From Bacteroidales bacterium (GTDB lineage: Bacteria > Bacteroidota > Bacteroidia > Bacteroidales > WCHB1-69): a stretch of 64,000 bases of DNA. Position numbers and translations under genes: made by a program. Shown here piece after piece: positions 61,260 to 64,000 of this stretch (position 1 is its first letter; every line of letters begins with the position of its first letter). Below the pieces are notes generated by a model. That model saw nothing but the letters and a program-made list of their open reading frames with translations. It did not search any database and was not told the DNA's origin. The stretch is taken from NCBI GenBank assembly GCA_016290295.1, contig JAEETJ010000002.1, forward strand, positions 79,583 to 143,582. The letters are read 5' to 3'.

Positions 61260-61643
61260 ATGGAAAAAAAATTACTCATAGAAGTCGAAAAAAAGATTAT
61301 CACCGTCAGAAACAAGAAGGTGATTTTAGATTCAGATGTTGCGGAGCTGTATGACGTTTTAACCAAGGAAATCAATCAAGGGGTTAGCAATAACCCTGAA
61401 AAATTTCCAGAAGGGTATGTTTTTGAATTGACTGAAGACGAGAAAAACGAGGTGGTCAAAAATTTTGACCACCTCCAAAAACTCAAGTTTTCACCACAAT
61501 TGCCAAAGGCTTTCACCGAAAAAGGCCTCTATATGCTGGCTACAATCTTGAAAAGTGACCAGGCAGTGGACACTACCATCGCCATAGTGGAGGCTTACGC
61601 AAAATTAAAGGAATTGTCGCGAGTGATTGTTGAAGTCCCGTAA
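61260..61643 (+). CDS. ORF6N (KilA-N-like) DNA-binding domain protein, possibly truncated
   Basis: IITVRNKKVILDSDVAELYDV.TKEINQGVSNNPEKFPEGYVFELT..E......LPKAFTEKGLYMLATILKSDQAV is the ORF6N consensus. Start moved to the ATG at 61260 because the listed TTG lies in the promoter module. Confidence 0.8.
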   Translation: MEKKLLIEVEKKIITVRNKKVILDSDVAELYDVLTKEINQGVSNNPEKFPEGYVFELTEDEKNEVVKNFDHLQKLKFSPQLPKAFTEKGLYMLATILKSDQAVDTTIAIVEAYAKLKELSRVIVEVP

Positions 61644-61865
61644 CAAGAAGACAACAGTACGGAGCAACAGTTCTTGTTGCATTGAGGCGGGCAATTAGTG
61701 GAGGATATCATGGGCGACATCTTACCTAAACAGAGTAGCGAGACTTCCTTTGAGCTGAACTTGGCGATGTTTAAGTTCAAGCATTCTGTGAAAAGGGAAA
61801 ATGATGAGGAAATCAAGCAGTTGAAGGCTAAATTAGCAGAATTGGAGAAGAAAGTTAGATAATAT

Positions 61866-61938
61866 CTTATAATGTTGATTTTTAGATGATTAATAATATT
61901 TAGCCCTCGGTTTTAAGAATTGGGTGTTCTATTTTTGC
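61866..61938 (+). promoter_or_regulatory. Conserved promoter module 'D', copy 3 (73 nt)
   Basis: cttataatgttgatttttagatgattaataatatttagccctcggttttaagaattgggtgttctatttttgc. TATTTTTG box at 61930-61937. Confidence 0.65.
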
Positions 61939-61964
61939 AAGACAATCATTCAATAACTACACAA

Positions 61965-62822
61965 ATGGAAAATAGTATTGTATTAAATCAAAATAATGGT
62001 GAAATCATTTTCTACCAGCCTGACAATAATATACGTCTGGAAGTGATGTTGCGAGAAGATACGGTGTGGCTTAATCGACAACAGATTGCCGAGTTGTTTC
62101 ATAGGGACATCAAGACTATAGGTAAACACATACAAAATGCCAATGCGGAAGAATTAAAAGGAATTCCAACTGTCGCAAAATTTGCGACAGTTCAACAAGA
62201 GGGTAATCGTCTAATAAACAGAGAAATAGAATATTTTAATTTAGATATGATTATATCTGTGGGGTATCGTGTTAAATCAAAACAAGGGATTCTCTTTCGT
62301 CAATGGGCAAATGCTGTTCTTAAGGAATACCTGTTGCGTGGATATGTTATCAACCAAAGAGTAGAACAGTTGGAGCAGCGAGTTGCTAAAACGGAAGAGC
62401 AAATTGGTTTCTTTGTTCGCACTGCATTGCCTCCCGTTGAGGGCGTTTTTTACGACGGACAGGTCTTTGATGCCTACACCTTTGTGGCAGATTTGATACG
62501 CTCGGCTCATGAACGAGTCGTCTTCATCGACAACTATGTGGACGATTCGGTATTGAAGACTCTCACCAAACGGAATGAAGGAGTTAGTTCCAAAATCATT
62601 ACCCGAAAGATATCGGAAACATTGCAGGTGGATTTAGAACGCCACAACCGACAGTACTCATCAATAGACATCAACACTTCCGACCGTTACCATGATCGAT
62701 TCCTCATTATTGATAACACAGTCTATCATCTTGGAGCCTCCCTCAAAGATTTGGGCAAGAAACTTTTCGCATTCAATAAGATGGAGGTGCTCGCAGAAGA
62801 AATTATCTCTTTTGCCAGCTGA
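61965..62822 (+). CDS. RhuM-family protein with C-terminal degenerate PLD-like (HxR) motif
   Basis: ..VAKFATVQQEGNRLINREIEYFNLDMIISVGYRVKSKQGILFRQWANAVLKEYLLRGYVIN is the RhuM core. The C-terminal YHDRFLIIDNTVYHLGASLKDLGKK resembles HxK-x4-D-x6-G with R replacing K. Start moved to the ATG at 61965. Confidence 0.85.
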   Translation: MENSIVLNQNNGEIIFYQPDNNIRLEVMLREDTVWLNRQQIAELFHRDIKTIGKHIQNANAEELKGIPTVAKFATVQQEGNRLINREIEYFNLDMIISVGYRVKSKQGILFRQWANAVLKEYLLRGYVINQRVEQLEQRVAKTEEQIGFFVRTALPPVEGVFYDGQVFDAYTFVADLIRSAHERVVFIDNYVDDSVLKTLTKRNEGVSSKIITRKISETLQVDLERHNRQYSSIDINTSDRYHDRFLIIDNTVYHLGASLKDLGKKLFAFNKMEVLAEEIISFAS

Positions 62823-62994
62823 AAAACTTTGCAAAAGGACGAAATTTCTTGCCAGTCACACCTGGTTTTACCACCCAATTTGCTTTGGGATTATTGTACT
62901 TCTGTTTTTATGTTCCTCACTTTCGCGGCAGCAGGGTCTCTTCATCAGGGCAAGCGGCTCCGGTGCCGCGAGGAGGGTAGGGAAGTGATGCCGC

Positions 62995-63390
62995 TTACCG
63001 CTCCTCTAACTTCGGTTTAACAGGGTCATCCAAGTGTATGACATAGTCATATTCCACTGTCAGCACGCCTTTTACGCCCTTGAAATATTGCATGGTTTCT
63101 TCAAGTGTTTTGTTCTCGGGCTTCTTCAGCGCCATGCCATTCATGAAATGGTAGTCATAGACAATCTCGCACTTGTAATTCTTGATGGCTTTCAATATGG
63201 CCTCTTTCCCTATTTCCGCATCGTATAAAATCAAAAAAACATTCGGAGAGTGTTCCGGAACAAACTTGTCTTCCAGCAGGGGCTCCGACTGCTCAACCAC
63301 TTGCTCTGTCCTGCACGACATCAAGCACAGAAGAGCAAGTAGAACTATCAAAATCTCGATTTTATTGATCATTGGATATCTAATTATCAA
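62995..63390 (-). CDS. Small secreted protein with peptidase-inhibitor-I9 (subtilisin propeptide)-like fold
   Basis: Signal/lipobox region ILIVLLALLCLMSC, then ..ILYDAEIGKEAILKAIKNYKCEIVYDYHFMNGMALKKPENKTLEE....KGVLTVEYDYVIHL resembles the I9 pattern. Moderate recognition only. Confidence 0.45.
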   Translation of the reverse strand: MIIRYPMINKIEILIVLLALLCLMSCRTEQVVEQSEPLLEDKFVPEHSPNVFLILYDAEIGKEAILKAIKNYKCEIVYDYHFMNGMALKKPENKTLEETMQYFKGVKGVLTVEYDYVIHLDDPVKPKLEER

Positions 63391-63442
63391 TTACTAAATG
63401 CCAATAATCAATTATCAACTATTAATTATCAATTGTCAACTG
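63391..63442. repeat. Heptad word array (TTGACAA / TTGATAA words) directly after the stop of the upstream minus-strand gene
   Basis: Minus strand after the TAA: cagttgacaattgataattaatagttgataattgattattggc... Confidence 0.85.
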
Positions 63443-64000
63443 TTAATTATTAATCGCTGCCATGATTTCTTCCTCTGATTTTCCCAGCACCTGCAAGTAA
63501 GCACGGATGTTGTCACAACTGCTGTCGTCAGGGTATTTGTGCAGGAATTCGCGGTATTCGTATTCGGCATCCAGATATTTGTGCAAGATGTCATCGTAGA
63601 TAAAAGCGCGGTTCAGATAGCAGTTCTTTACACCTTCGTATTCAGGGTAGGTGGCTTGGATCTTTTCGAATACAGAAATACCTTTCCGGGCATATTTCTC
63701 AATATATTCCTCATCAGGATTCGGTTCCATGCTGGCATTTTTTGCCAATATCATGCAGGCTACACCCGCTTTGGACAGCATGTCGGGAATGATGTTGTTC
63801 TCGGGATGCATATCAGCAAATCTGATAGTCTGGGTGATGAAATCCTCGAAAAGCTCCTTGTTGATAATGCCTTGCTGATACAGCGAGTCGGCTTTGTCGT
63901 AAGCCTGCAACAGTTCGGTCTGGTCGCAGCTTTCCTCTTGGACAGCATTGACATTTTGATTCCTCGATTTATTGCAGGAAAATAGGAGAGTGGCTATGCA
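63443..64000 (-). CDS. Lipoprotein (TPR-like helical), 5' end outside window
   Basis: The frame stays open upstream of the listed TTG start to the window edge: ..CIATLLFSCNKSRNQNVNAVQEESCDQTELLQAYDKA... LLFSC looks like a lipobox, so the true start lies beyond 64000. Confidence 0.6.
   Translation of the reverse strand, partial: CIATLLFSCNKSRNQNVNAVQEESCDQTELLQAYDKADSLYQQGIINKELFEDFITQTIRFADMHPENNIIPDMLSKAGVACMILAKNASMEPNPDEEYIEKYARKGISVFEKIQATYPEYEGVKNCYLNRAFIYDDILHKYLDAEYEYREFLHKYPDDSSCDNIRAYLQVLGKSEEEIMAAINN

Noticed and set aside
49340-62985. Direct repeats (att sites) flanking the accessory island: CCGCGGAAGGGTA at about 49358 versus CCGCGAGGAGGGTAG at about 62965.
   Set aside because: The similarity is only about 13/16 with an indel, in short GC-rich strings. 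With no integrase, it is too weak to call.

Overview
This 64-kb chromosomal window looks like a Bacteroidota genome, probably Bacteroidales/Prevotellaceae-like (inference). Supporting signs are TAnnTTTG -7 promoter boxes before most genes, A-rich leaders without Shine-Dalgarno sites, a T9SS C-terminal sorting domain and many lipoproteins. The layout has three parts. (1) 1-5.55 kb is the end of a phage-derived region, abutting a tRNA(CAT). It holds three tandem LamG-like paralogs, a holin-like gene, a GH108 endolysin, DUF4406, VRR-NUC and a separate AT-rich cargo cassette. (2) 5.7-49.3 kb is core housekeeping. It includes a Na/Pi cotransporter, a short UvrA paralog, mnmE, a PPTase, gdhA, recJ, dnaA with an AT-rich candidate oriC, pepD, cutC, ferritin, PrsW, valS, parC, cytochrome c peroxidase, a PduO-type adenosyltransferase, kdsB, a deoxynucleoside kinase, tRNA-Pro and rnhB. 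(3) 49.6-62.8 kb is an accessory, defence-like island with no integrase. It holds two YhcG/DUF1016 PDDEXK nucleases, an ADP-ribosylglycohydrolase plus a lipoprotein, a Pif1-like helicase with a TPR-like tail, DUF2971, a WYL regulator, ORF6N and RhuM. The best candidate for an undescribed system is a translationally coupled ABC-type ATPase (DUF3696-like tail) plus a protein with a MIT_C/PLD-like HxR domain. A near-identical 46-nt promoter/operator module (GCGCAA-N5-TTGCGC palindrome 10 nt upstream of the -7 box) precedes the WYL gene, the ATPase operon and the Pif1 gene, suggesting one regulon. A second striking signal is genome-architectural. Most intergenic spacers are built from phased 7-nt (sometimes 8/9-nt) stop-codon-containing words. 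A recurrent CAGTTGAYAATT motif follows stop codons directly. A REP-like hairpin element family is also present. No rRNA, CRISPR array, transposase or integrase is visible. All product calls come from motif recognition by eye and were not database-verified. Several ORF-track starts were moved to internal ATGs because the listed TTG/GTG starts lie inside promoter boxes.
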